Shown: in pieces, positions 51,851 through 62,593 of the stretch
Layout of the letters: each line of letters begins with the position of its first letter
Position numbering within the stretch: the first letter of the stretch is position 1
Assembly (NCBI GenBank): GCA_046290465.1
Contig: JBKAGP010000001.1
Span: 2,656,001-2,720,000 of the forward strand
Origin: Planctomycetota bacterium
Lineage (GTDB): Bacteria > Planctomycetota > UBA1135 > UBA2386
Direction of reading: 5' to 3'
Length of the DNA: 64,000 nt
Translations under genes and position numbers: made by a program
The notes under the pieces: model-generated
What the model saw: only the letters and a program-made list of their open reading frames with translations
Databases searched by the model: none
What the model was told of the DNA's origin: nothing

Positions 51851-54009
51851 CGCCCCCCGCCTTCGGACAGCAGCTGGGCGAGCGTCAGGGTGCGCTGCAC
51901 GACGCCGATGCGCTCGACGGACTCCTGCGCCGTGAACGTCTCGGTCGCGCTCGGCCCGACGCCGCAGACCACCGCCACGCCGTCGGGCACCAGGCCCGCC
52001 GGCGACGGCATCAGCGACGAGTCCTCGTCGAACGGCACTTCCCAGCGGCCGGCGGCCGTGCGGATCGCCTCGAGCAGCGGCTCGTTCTCGGGCCGCCGCT
52101 GCATCGACGGCCGATCGACCGCCTGCGTCCAGCGGACCTGCAGGCCGTCGCGCTTGTCGGTCAGCAGCGCGTGCACCTCACCGGCGACGCGGTCGGCGAC
52201 CGCCGGATCGACGTAGCTGACGACCACCTGCGCGACCACCTCGTGCGGCAGCAGGTTGGGGAAGCCGCGCGTCTTCAGGTCGGAGACCGACACCGCGACG
52301 CGATCGCGCTTGGACGACAGCGCGCACGCCTGCTCGAGGCGTTCCCACGCCCAGCGCAGCACGTCCGGCTGGCGGCCGCCCTGACCCGGACGGCGGGCGG
52401 TGCCACGGATGCGCAGGTCGAACCGGCGCAGGCCGCGGCGTTGCGTCAGGTAGCGGTCCCCGGAGTTGCCCGGTCGCAGCACCAGGACGCGCGACGCCCG
52501 CGCCGCGGCGCGGCGGATCTCGGCGGAGCTCTCGACGCAGTCGCGACCTTCGTCGCCGTAGTACATCACGCCCAGCCGCGTCTTCGACAGGCGTCGGCGG
52601 CTGCGCAGCGCCTGCAGCGCGAACTCCATCATCACCAGCGGCGCTCGCGAGCAGCCGATGCCCTCGCCGTGCAGCCGTTCGGGCTCGCGGTGGAACGACG
52701 GCACGAACGCGTCGAGCGCCATCGGCACGTCGACGTGGCCGAGCAGCAGCGTGCCGCCGTCGAGACCTGCCGAGGTCTCCCACAGCGCGGCCACCGGCGG
52801 CTCCTCCTCGATGCGCGAGCGGCGCAGGCCGAGGTCGGTCAGCGAACGGTCCAGCTCGTCGAACGCCGCGCGCACCCCGACGGTGTCGTCGGTGCGGCTC
52901 GAACGACGGGTCCAGACGTCGATGCGCTTCTCGATCCGTTCGCGGCGCGACGTCACCCACTCGAGCAGTTCGCGGCCCTCGCTGGCCGGAGCGCCCGCCT
53001 CGGGCATGCGCATCGGCGCCGGGGTGCCGAAGTAGCGGGTGCTGGCGACCTCGACCAGCCGGTTGACGAGCCCGCAGAAGTCGAGCCCCGCCGCAGCCGC
53101 GGCCTGCACGTAGCTGCCGTGCTCGCCGAGGCTCGGCAGGCTGTTGATCTCGAGGATGTAGGGGTTGCCCTGCTCGTCGAGGCGCATGTCGATGCGCGCA
53201 CAGTCGAGGCAGCCGAGCGCCTTGAACGCACCCGCCGCCAGCTCGCGCACCCGCGCCGAGGTCGCTTCGTCGAGGTCGGCCGGGCACTGCACCCGCACCT
53301 CGCGGCCGGACTTGCGGGTCTTGTCCTCATAGGTGTAGATCTGCGGCCCGTCGCCGAACACCAGCTCGGCCGGCGGCAGGGTCTCGACCGTGGCGCCGTT
53401 GCCGATCACGCCGACGTTGACCTCGCGGCCGCTGATGTAGCGCTCGACCAGCACCGGTTGCCGGAAGCGCTCGAAGATCACGCCGGCCGCCTCGCGCAGC
53501 TCGGCCGCGTCGTTGACGATCTTGATGCCGAACGAGACGGCCTCGTTGCGCGGCTTGACGATCAGCGGGTACTGCAGCTCCGGCACTTCGTCGTCGGGCC
53601 CCTGCAGCACCGCGAACTCGGGCGTCGGCAGCCCGTGCTGCACGAAGATCATCTTGGCGATGACCTTGTCGAGCGCCAGCGAGTGCGCCATCGGGCCGGA
53701 CCCGACGTAGGGGATGCCGACCATCTCGAGGATGCCCGGCACGTGCGTGTAGCGCGCCTCGCCCTGGATGCCGTAGGCCAGGTTGAAGGCCATGCCGGGG
53801 CGCTCGCCCTTGACGACGCGCGGCATGAACTCCTCCAGGTTGTCGATCAGGTCCTTGTCGCCCTCGAAGGCGACGACCTGGTGACCCCCCTGCTTCAGGC
53901 ACCCGACGATCCGGTTGATCGCCTTGAGGCCATAGCGTTCCTGGTTGCGCGTTCCGAACTCGTTGATGACGCGCTTGGACTTGGTGTTGTAGATGACCGC
54001 GACCTTCAT
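51847..54009 (-). CDS. D-Ala-D-Ala-ligase-like ATP-grasp amidoligase fused to a degenerate M20 peptidase domain
   Basis: N-terminal IPYVGS, ALDK, IVKP, ERYISGRE, ARIDMR, EINSLP. C-terminal LLGHVD, G.G, GDEG, RRG, GVGP..E, which is the M20 layout. Confidence 0.88.
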   Translation of the reverse strand: MKVAVIYNTKSKRVINEFGTRNQERYGLKAINRIVGCLKQGGHQVVAFEGDKDLIDNLEEFMPRVVKGERPGMAFNLAYGIQGEARYTHVPGILEMVGIPYVGSGPMAHSLALDKVIAKMIFVQHGLPTPEFAVLQGPDDEVPELQYPLIVKPRNEAVSFGIKIVNDAAELREAAGVIFERFRQPVLVERYISGREVNVGVIGNGATVETLPPAELVFGDGPQIYTYEDKTRKSGREVRVQCPADLDEATSARVRELAAGAFKALGCLDCARIDMRLDEQGNPYILEINSLPSLGEHGSYVQAAAAAGLDFCGLVNRLVEVASTRYFGTPAPMRMPEAGAPASEGRELLEWVTSRRERIEKRIDVWTRRSSRTDDTVGVRAAFDELDRSLTDLGLRRSRIEEEPPVAALWETSAGLDGGTLLLGHVDVPMALDAFVPSFHREPERLHGEGIGCSRAPLVMMEFALQALRSRRRLSKTRLGVMYYGDEGRDCVESSAEIRRAAARASRVLVLRPGNSGDRYLTQRRGLRRFDLRIRGTARRPGQGGRQPDVLRWAWERLEQACALSSKRDRVAVSVSDLKTRGFPNLLPHEVVAQVVVSYVDPAVADRVAGEVHALLTDKRDGLQVRWTQAVDRPSMQRRPENEPLLEAIRTAAGRWEVPFDEDSSLMPSPAGLVPDGVAVVCGVGPSATETFTAQESVERIGVVQRTLTLAQLLSEGGGR

Positions 54010-54057
54010 GATGCCTGTGTATCCGCGTGGTGGACTGCGGGCGAGCGCGGCCCGCAG

Positions 54058-54072
54058 GCAATCCCCGTGCCA
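54058..54072 (-). promoter_or_regulatory. Sigma54 (-24/-12) promoter for the ATP-grasp/GGT/FGase operon
   Basis: The minus strand reads TGGCACGGGGATTGC, an exact TGGCAC-N5-TTGC match, 48 bp upstream of ATG 54009 and beside a divergent sigma54 activator. Confidence 0.88.
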
Positions 54073-54125
54073 GACGGCTACCACCTCGCGCTGCGCCCCC
54101 TGTTTGCACTAGCCTGTCCGCGCCC

Positions 54126-55576
<1,451 letters not shown>

Positions 55577-55580
<4 letters not shown>

Positions 55581-58500
55581 GGTTCGTCGAGCTGGTGCGA
55601 CCGCTGCTGGCGTTGCTGCTGGCGGCGGCGATCGCTGCACAGACACCGGCGCCGCAGGATCCCGGGCGACCCGAAGGCCTCGAGGCGGCGACGCTGGAGG
55701 CGCGCGCCACCGCGGTCAAGGAGCAGACCGGCCTCGACGAGGCCGTGCGCACCGACGCGGCGGCGAACTACACGCGCGCCGGCGAGGTGGCCCGGATCGG
55801 TGACAAGGCGCGCGCCGATGCCAAGCAGTTCGACGTGCAGAGGCAGACCGCGCCCGACCGCGCGACCGCCGCCAAGGCGAGCCTGGTCCAGCTGGGTCCG
55901 GCGGCGCCGGCGCCGGAACCGCCGGCCGGCGCGACCCTGGCCGACCTCGAGCAGCTCGCCGCCGGCGCGGCCGACGCGGCCAAGGCGGCCACCGCGGCGG
56001 TCACCGAGGCCGAGAAGGCGATCTCGACCCGTGCCGAACGACAACCCAAGCTGCAGCAGCTGATCACCGCCGCCAACGAGAAGGTCACCGCGGCCGAGGC
56101 CCAGCTGGCAACGCCGCAGCCGGAACCGATCGTCGAGCCGGAGCTGTCGCGACGCACGCTGCTGCGCGCCCAGCGCTACGCCGCCCAGCAGGAGGTCGCG
56201 GCGCTGCGCAGCGAACTGGCCTACTACGAGGGCGCCGACGAACTGCTGACCGTGCAGCGCGACCTCGCGACCCGCCGCGCCGAGCGCGCCAACCAGCTGG
56301 CCCGCCAGTGGCAGGAGCTGGTCACGCAACGCCGCACGCAGGAGGCGAAGGCCGCCCAGGAGGCCGCCGAGCGACAGGCCAGACGGGCGACCCAGGAGCA
56401 GCAGCACCCGCTGATCATCGAGCTGACCGGCGGCAACGCGGCGCTCGCCGGCCGCCGCGCCGAGGTCGCCACCGAGATCGGCGAGTTCGAACGTCGGATC
56501 GCGGCCAACACCGAAAGCATCCGCCAGACCGACGAGGACTTCGACGACGTCAAGCGACGCATCGAGCGGGTCGGCCTGACCGACGCGATGGGCGCGCTGC
56601 TGCGCGAACGGCGCTCGTCGCTGCCCCAGACCGACTCGCTGCGGCGCGAGATCGAGGGCCGCCGCGCGCGGCTGTCCGAGCTGCAGCTCGAGCGCTTCGA
56701 ACTCGAGGACGAGCTGCGCAAGCTCAAGGGCCCGGACCACCTGGCCAGGTTGCTCGCCGAGGCCGAGCCGCCGATCGCCGCCGAGGGCGCCGACGCAGCG
56801 ACCGTGGACCAGCTGCTGCAGGCGCGCCTGGCGATGCTGGAGGGGCTGCGCACCGACGGCGGCAAGCTGTTCGACAAGCTGGTGCGGCTGGACGGCACCG
56901 AGCAGCAGATGATCGGCAAGGTCGCCGAGTACGAGGCCTACATCAACGAGCGCGTGCTGTGGATCCGCAGCACCACGCCGATCTGGAGGCCGCGCCTGGA
57001 CGAGGCCGACAAGGCGTTCGCCTGGCTGGTCGACGGCGCCAACTGGCACGAGGTCTACACCACGCTGCTGCACGACCTCGACATCGAGACCCCGGCCTGG
57101 GCGTTCGCCGCGCTGATGCTGCTGTTGCTGCTCGGGCTGCAACCGAGGTTCCGCGGCGCGCTGACCGCGGCCGGCGAGAAGGCCGCGCGCCGCACGACGG
57201 TCTCGTTCGCGCCGACCGGTGCCGCGCTCGCGCTGACCGCGCTGGCGTCGCTGCCGATCCCGCTGCTGCTGTGGTTCGCCGGCTCGCGCCTCGCGCTGCC
57301 GACGCACACCGAGTTCCCGCGGGCGCTCGGCATGGCGCTGCTCGACACCGCTTCGCTGCTGGCGGCGCTGTCGCTGTTCCGCCAGGTCATCCGCCCGGCG
57401 GGGCTGGCCGAGAACCACTTCCAGTGGCCGCCGTCGACCCTGGCGTTCTACCGCCGGCACCTGCGCTGGGTGCTGCCGCTCGCCATCGTTACGGTCGCGT
57501 CGGTATCGCTGGTCACCAACGGCGGCCACGTCAGCTGGCGCAACGCCGTCGGCAGGCCGGCCCTGCTGGCGCTGCTCGGACCGCTGACGGCGCTGTTCTG
57601 GGTCATGCTGCACCCGCGAACGGGCCTCGCCGGCTCCGCGCGCCCCGACGCGCCGGACTGGGCGCGGCGCTTCCGGTTGCTCTGGTTCGTCGCCGGCGTC
57701 GGCATCCCGGCGACGCTGATCGTGCTGGCGGCGCTCGGCTTCCACTTCACGGCGCGGCAGCTGGCGTTCCACTTCGGTGCGACGGTCACGCTGACCGCGA
57801 GCCTGTTCCTGGTGCAGGACGTGGTGCTGCGCGCGCTGGTGCTGACCCGCCGCAAGATCGCGATGGCGCAGGGCGCCGAACGCCGGCGGGCCGCGGCCGC
57901 CGCCAGGGAACAGGGCGCCGAGCCGGCCTCCGTGCCGGTCGAGGAACAGCTGATCGACGTGCACTCGGTGGCGGCGCAGACGCGCAGCCTGGTGCGGTCG
58001 CTGCTCAGCTTCGCGATCGCGATCGGCGTCTGGGTGATCTGGGTCGACGTGCTGCCGGCACTCGGCATCTTCAAGACCGTCATCCTGTGGGAGAACATCA
58101 CGCTCGCCGATGCCCTGCTGGCGTCGATCGTGTTCGCGGTGACGATCCTGGCGGCGCGCAACCTGCCGGGCGTGATCCAGTTGACGATCCTGCAGCGGCT
58201 CGAGATGCACGGCGGCGAACGCCATGCGATCACGACGGTCGCGCGCTACGTCGTGATCCTGATCGGGGCGCTGATCGGCTTCTCGACGCTCGGCCTCGAG
58301 TGGTCCAAGCTGCAGTGGCTAGCGGCGGGTGTCTCGGTCGGCCTCGGCTTCGGCCTGCAGGAGGTGTTCGCCAACTTCGTCTCCGGCCTGATCATCCTGT
58401 TCGAGCGGCCGATCCGGATCGGGGACCTGGTCACGGTCAACGGCATCGACGGCTACGTGACGCGGATCCGCATGCGCGCGACCACGATCCGCGACTACAA

Positions 58501-58948
58501 CCGCAAGGAACTGATCATCCCGAACAAGGAGTTCATCACCGGCAGCGTGGTCAACTGGACGCTGTCGGACGCGGTCACGCGGCTGATCATCCGCGTCGGC
58601 GTGGCCTACGGCTCCGACACCGAAGCGACGCGCCGCATCCTGCTCGAGATCGCCGCCGACACGCCCGGCATCCTGGCGACGCCGAAGCCGAAGGCGCTGT
58701 TCCTGGCGTTCGGCGACAGCACGCTGAACTTCGAGCTGCGCGTGTTCACGGCCGACACCGACGTCTGGCCCGAGGCGATCGACCGGCTCAACCGGGAGAT
58801 CGACCGTCGCTTCCGCGACGCCAAGATCGAGATCGCGTTCCCGCAGCGGGACCTGCACATCCGTTCGGCGAAGCCGATCGTCGAGGCGCTGATGCAGCAG
58901 CGGCCGTCCCCCGCCGACCGGTCAGACGACGCGGAACCGGCGAAGTAG
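55577..58948 (+). CDS. MscK/KefA-like large mechanosensitive channel
   Basis: Signal peptide, long coiled-coil periplasmic region, multiple TMs, GLGFGLQEVFANFVSGLIILFERPIRIGD, IAFPQRDLH. Confidence 0.93.
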
Positions 58949-59830
58949 CCACAGCTCGAGCGCGGTCAGCGCAACCAGACCGGCGACCAGGATCCAGAAC
59001 GAGGCCGCCTCGGACGAGCCCGGGATGCCGGCGACGTTGACCCCGAGCAGGCCGGTGACGAACGACAGCGGCAGGAACACCGCGGCGATCACCGACATCA
59101 CGTACATGTTCCGGTTGAGCCGGACCGACACGTGGTGGTCGAGCTGGTCCTGCACGACCGCGGCCCGTTCGCGCACCGAGTCGAGCACCTCGACGTGGCG
59201 GGCGCTGCGGTCGGCGACCTCGCGCAGGTCGGCCGCCGCCTCGGCCGCGAACCACGACGGCAGCTCGCGCAGCATGCGCGACAGCGCGTCGCGCTGCGGC
59301 GCCAGGTGGCGGCGCAGCATCGTGACCATGCGGCGCAGCTCGCCGAGCCGCTGCGGCAGTTCGCCGAGGTCGCCGCGCAGGATCCGTTCCTGCAGGTCGT
59401 CGACGCCGTCGTCGAGCTCGTCGACGACCGGGTAGATGCGCCGTTCGATCGCCTGCGCCAGTTCGGCGATCAGCGCGCACGAGTCGGCGACCTCGCCGGC
59501 CTCCTGCATCCGGTGCACGTCCCCCACCGCGAACACGTGGCGCACGACGGCCGAGACGGCCCGCTTCGGCTCGATCCAGACGCGCACGGCGATCATGTCC
59601 TCGGGGTCGGCACCGCGGTTCATGTTGACGCCGCGCAGCACCAGCACGAAGCCGTCGCCGAACCGGGTGAAGCGCGGCCGTGCGGCGTTGGCGACCAGCG
59701 CCTCGGCGACGGTGGCGTCGAGATCCGCGGCGTCGGCCAGCGGCTCGGCGAGGTCGGCCTCGCAGCGGAAGTGCGTCCAGCGCGCGCCGTCGGCAAGCGG
59801 GACGTCGAACTCGGAGGTCAGTTCGTCCAT
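58922..59830 (-). CDS. zntB: ZntB/CorA-family divalent metal transporter
   Basis: LRGVNMN..PEDM, LRRHLAPQRDAL, FLPLSFVTGLLGVNVAG (GVN motif). Confidence 0.85.
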   Translation of the reverse strand: MDELTSEFDVPLADGARWTHFRCEADLAEPLADAADLDATVAEALVANAARPRFTRFGDGFVLVLRGVNMNRGADPEDMIAVRVWIEPKRAVSAVVRHVFAVGDVHRMQEAGEVADSCALIAELAQAIERRIYPVVDELDDGVDDLQERILRGDLGELPQRLGELRRMVTMLRRHLAPQRDALSRMLRELPSWFAAEAAADLREVADRSARHVEVLDSVRERAAVVQDQLDHHVSVRLNRNMYVMSVIAAVFLPLSFVTGLLGVNVAGIPGSSEAASFWILVAGLVALTALELWLLRRFRVV

Positions 59831-59838
59831 CGTGATCC

Positions 59839-61236
59839 TCAGCGCATCGGCTGCAGGTCGACCGCGACGTTCGCGGCCGGAAGGAACGGCCCGAACGTCA
59901 GCGAACGGCTGAACGTCGGCCGCTGCGGGTCCAGCTGGGCGCCGCCGTAGCGTACCGTGACCCGCCCCTGCAAGCCCGCACGGAGCCGGGCCAGCAACCC
60001 GCCGCGCAGCTGCATCGGCATGCCGCGGCGACGCTCGGGACCGGCGGCGCGCACGACCTGCGTGTGCAGCGGCCCCCAGCGACCGTCGCGGCCGCGCACC
60101 TCGACCGCGTACTCAACGACCTCGACGTTGGGATCGCGCGGCTCCAGCGCCCACGTCGAGAACTCCAGCCTCGCCTGTTCGCCGGCACCGATCGGCTGCA
60201 CCTTGACGCGAAAGCGCCCCTTGCGCAGCGCGGCGCTCTGCGCGAACGGGCTGAGCTGCGGCGTGCGGATGTAGACGTCGTCGATCAGCAGCGCGCGGGT
60301 CGCGAACGCGGCGTGGTAGTCGAACAGGATCGTGCAGTAGCCCTCGTCCCCCCAGGTCCGTCCCCACGAGTTCTTGGCCAGGAAGCCGTGCGCGTCGTAG
60401 CCTACGATGGTCACGGCGTGGCCGCCGTAGAGCGACTTGCCCGGATCGGGGTCGGGGTGCTTCTCGACCTGGATGCGCCCCGCCCACAGCTCGGTCGCGA
60501 AGTCCTTGTCCGCCGGCAGCAGCAGCTTGACGACGCCGTAGTCCTGGAACGTCTTGGCGCCGGGCAGGCGGTAGCGGAACATCAGACCCGGGTGGATCGC
60601 GGTGCGGACGCGCTTTCCGTCGTCGTCGGCCGACGACCACTTGGGGCCATAGACCGAGTAGGTGACCGGGATCGCCAGACGCCCACCGTCGAGTTCCTTC
60701 TTGATGCGGGCCACGTCCCGCGCCTGCTGCTCGTCGAGCACGGTGCAGTCCTCGGCGCGGAAGCCGTACTTGCCGTAGGTGTCGCGGACCTTGTCGAGCG
60801 CCGGCTCGGTGAACTGCGCGAGTTCGAGGAAGCCACGGATCTCGACCGGCACGCTCTCGGGCAGGACCAGCGGGTTGGGGCTGTAGGGCAGGAACGCCTC
60901 GTGCGACGTGCCGACGTGCGAGAACAGCGGCACGTAGGTCTCGAACACGTTGCCGGCCTTCATCCGGGTCGCCTTGCCGAACTTGCGCAGCCACTTGTCG
61001 ACGCCGTTCTCGTGCCGCTTGACGGTCGCGTAGAGCAGCTGCTCGCTGAGATCGGTCGGCACGCCCGGAAACGTCTCGAGCGCGGCGCAGATCGAGAACG
61101 CCACGCAGGTGCCGCGGTTGGCCTGGTCCTTGACCGGCGACTGCGAGCGGCGATGGTCGACCTGGGCGACGGTCGCCCGACCGAGCACCAGGCAGCCGAT
61201 GCTGCACAGGGCGACGACGAGGCGCGACAGCTTCAT
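59839..61236 (-). CDS. Secreted papain-like (C1) cysteine peptidase
   Basis: PVKDQANRGTCVAF, DLSEQ, GHAVTIVGY, KNSWG..WGDEGY. ATG 61236. Confidence 0.88.
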   Translation of the reverse strand: MKLSRLVVALCSIGCLVLGRATVAQVDHRRSQSPVKDQANRGTCVAFSICAALETFPGVPTDLSEQLLYATVKRHENGVDKWLRKFGKATRMKAGNVFETYVPLFSHVGTSHEAFLPYSPNPLVLPESVPVEIRGFLELAQFTEPALDKVRDTYGKYGFRAEDCTVLDEQQARDVARIKKELDGGRLAIPVTYSVYGPKWSSADDDGKRVRTAIHPGLMFRYRLPGAKTFQDYGVVKLLLPADKDFATELWAGRIQVEKHPDPDPGKSLYGGHAVTIVGYDAHGFLAKNSWGRTWGDEGYCTILFDYHAAFATRALLIDDVYIRTPQLSPFAQSAALRKGRFRVKVQPIGAGEQARLEFSTWALEPRDPNVEVVEYAVEVRGRDGRWGPLHTQVVRAAGPERRRGMPMQLRGGLLARLRAGLQGRVTVRYGGAQLDPQRPTFSRSLTFGPFLPAANVAVDLQPMR

Positions 61237-61702
61237 GGCGTGATCATCGAGCGCCGGGGCCGGGACGCAAGCGCGACGGGCCCCGCCGCGGAGCGGGCAG
61301 GCGAGCCGCGCGACACGTCGAACCCCGCGCCGACCGACGGTTCGACTCGACCGGATACGGAGGGCGCGGCGGTCGGCCAGCTGGTCGGCCAGCTGGTGGG
61401 CACGACGACGCAGCACGACGAACCGGCGCGCAAAAGGGCACCAAACACGGGCTATATGCACGCCGCGGAAACATGTCGCGTTCGCTCTTCACGGGTCGAC
61501 AAGGCTGCGTCGTGGGGTAGCGTTCGGAGCATGCTGCAGCGCACTCTATGCCCCTCGCCCCACACCGCGCTGCAGCGGTACGACTCCTTCACCTGATCGG
61601 CCCACGCCTCGTCGGCAGTGGCACGGTCGTGCTGCATCTCCACCTGAGTGCAGATCGCAGAGCGTGGTGTCCGTCGACGAGGTCGACCCAACGACACCAT
61701 CC

Positions 61703-62593
61703 ATGCAAGATCCTCGCGCATGCAGCAAGGGAGACCAGTGCTCCTGCTCGCCTCCGTCCCAGCCTGACCAGCAGCAGGCCGGCGTCGACCGCCGCAAGTT
61801 CCTGACCGGTGCCGCGGCCGCAGCCGCCGTCGCCGGCGGCGCCGCGGCCCAGGACCCGAAGGGCCAGGTCCGCAGCGACCTGTTCCTCAAGGAGGAGCAC
61901 TGGAAGGAGCGCATGCAGGCTCCCGACGACGGCAAGAAGTTCGGCTGGGTCGTCGACGTGCGCCGCTGCTTCGGCTGCCACGGCTGCGAGGTCGCCTGCA
62001 AGGCGGAGAACGACGTGCCGCTCGGCAGCTACATCCGCCAGACGATCTACCACGACTACGAGAAGTCGCAAGGCGGCCTGGCGCGCATCATGGTGCCGAT
62101 GGCGTGCCAGCACTGCGAGGACGCGCCGTGCATCAAGGCGTGCCCGTGCGGCGCGATGCACAAGGGGGCCGGCGGTTCGGTCCAGGTCGACTACGACTCG
62201 TGCTCGGGCCACGGCGCGTGCAAGGAGGCCTGCCCCTACGGCGCGATCTACATCGACCCGGTCGCCAACCAGGCGATCAAGTGCCACAACTGCACGCACC
62301 GCGTCGAGGTCGGCATGGAGCCGGCCTGCGTGTCGACGTGCCCGAGCGAGGCGCTCTACTTCGGCGACCTCAACGACCCGGAGTCGTCGGTCAGCAAGAT
62401 GAAGGCGCGCCTCGAGGCCGAGAACGAACTCGGCCAGCTGCGCCCGGAGAAGGGCACGCGGCCGCGCATGTGGTTCGGCCACAACGAGGACCGGCCGATC
62501 GACGAGTTCGAGCCGAAGATCCCGAAGGAAGGCGAGAGCTACCACAACGACGCCTACAGCGTCTACCACTGGAAGAAGGGAGGTGCGCAATGA
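61703..62593 (+). CDS. Tat-exported four-cluster Fe-S electron-transfer subunit (NrfC/PsrB/TtrB family)
   Basis: DRRKFL Tat motif. CFGCHGCEVAC, CQHCEDAPCIKACP, CSGHGACKEACP, KCHNC..PACVSTCP. Confidence 0.92.
   Translation: MQDPRACSKGDQCSCSPPSQPDQQQAGVDRRKFLTGAAAAAAVAGGAAAQDPKGQVRSDLFLKEEHWKERMQAPDDGKKFGWVVDVRRCFGCHGCEVACKAENDVPLGSYIRQTIYHDYEKSQGGLARIMVPMACQHCEDAPCIKACPCGAMHKGAGGSVQVDYDSCSGHGACKEACPYGAIYIDPVANQAIKCHNCTHRVEVGMEPACVSTCPSEALYFGDLNDPESSVSKMKARLEAENELGQLRPEKGTRPRMWFGHNEDRPIDEFEPKIPKEGESYHNDAYSVYHWKKGGAQ

Noticed and set aside
51847..54009. Annotating this gene as the housekeeping ddl
   Set aside because: It lacks the N-terminal GGxSxE motif, is fused to an M20-like domain, is sigma54-driven and has no mur/fts context.
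61370..61402. ggtcggccagct short repeat (about 2.5 copies)
   Set aside because: Short and GC-rich, so it could arise by chance or slippage. No functional evidence.
61619..61635. TGGCACGGTCGTGC as a sigma54 promoter for the molybdoenzyme operon
   Set aside because: The GG-to-GC spacing is one base short of the strict -24/-12 requirement.
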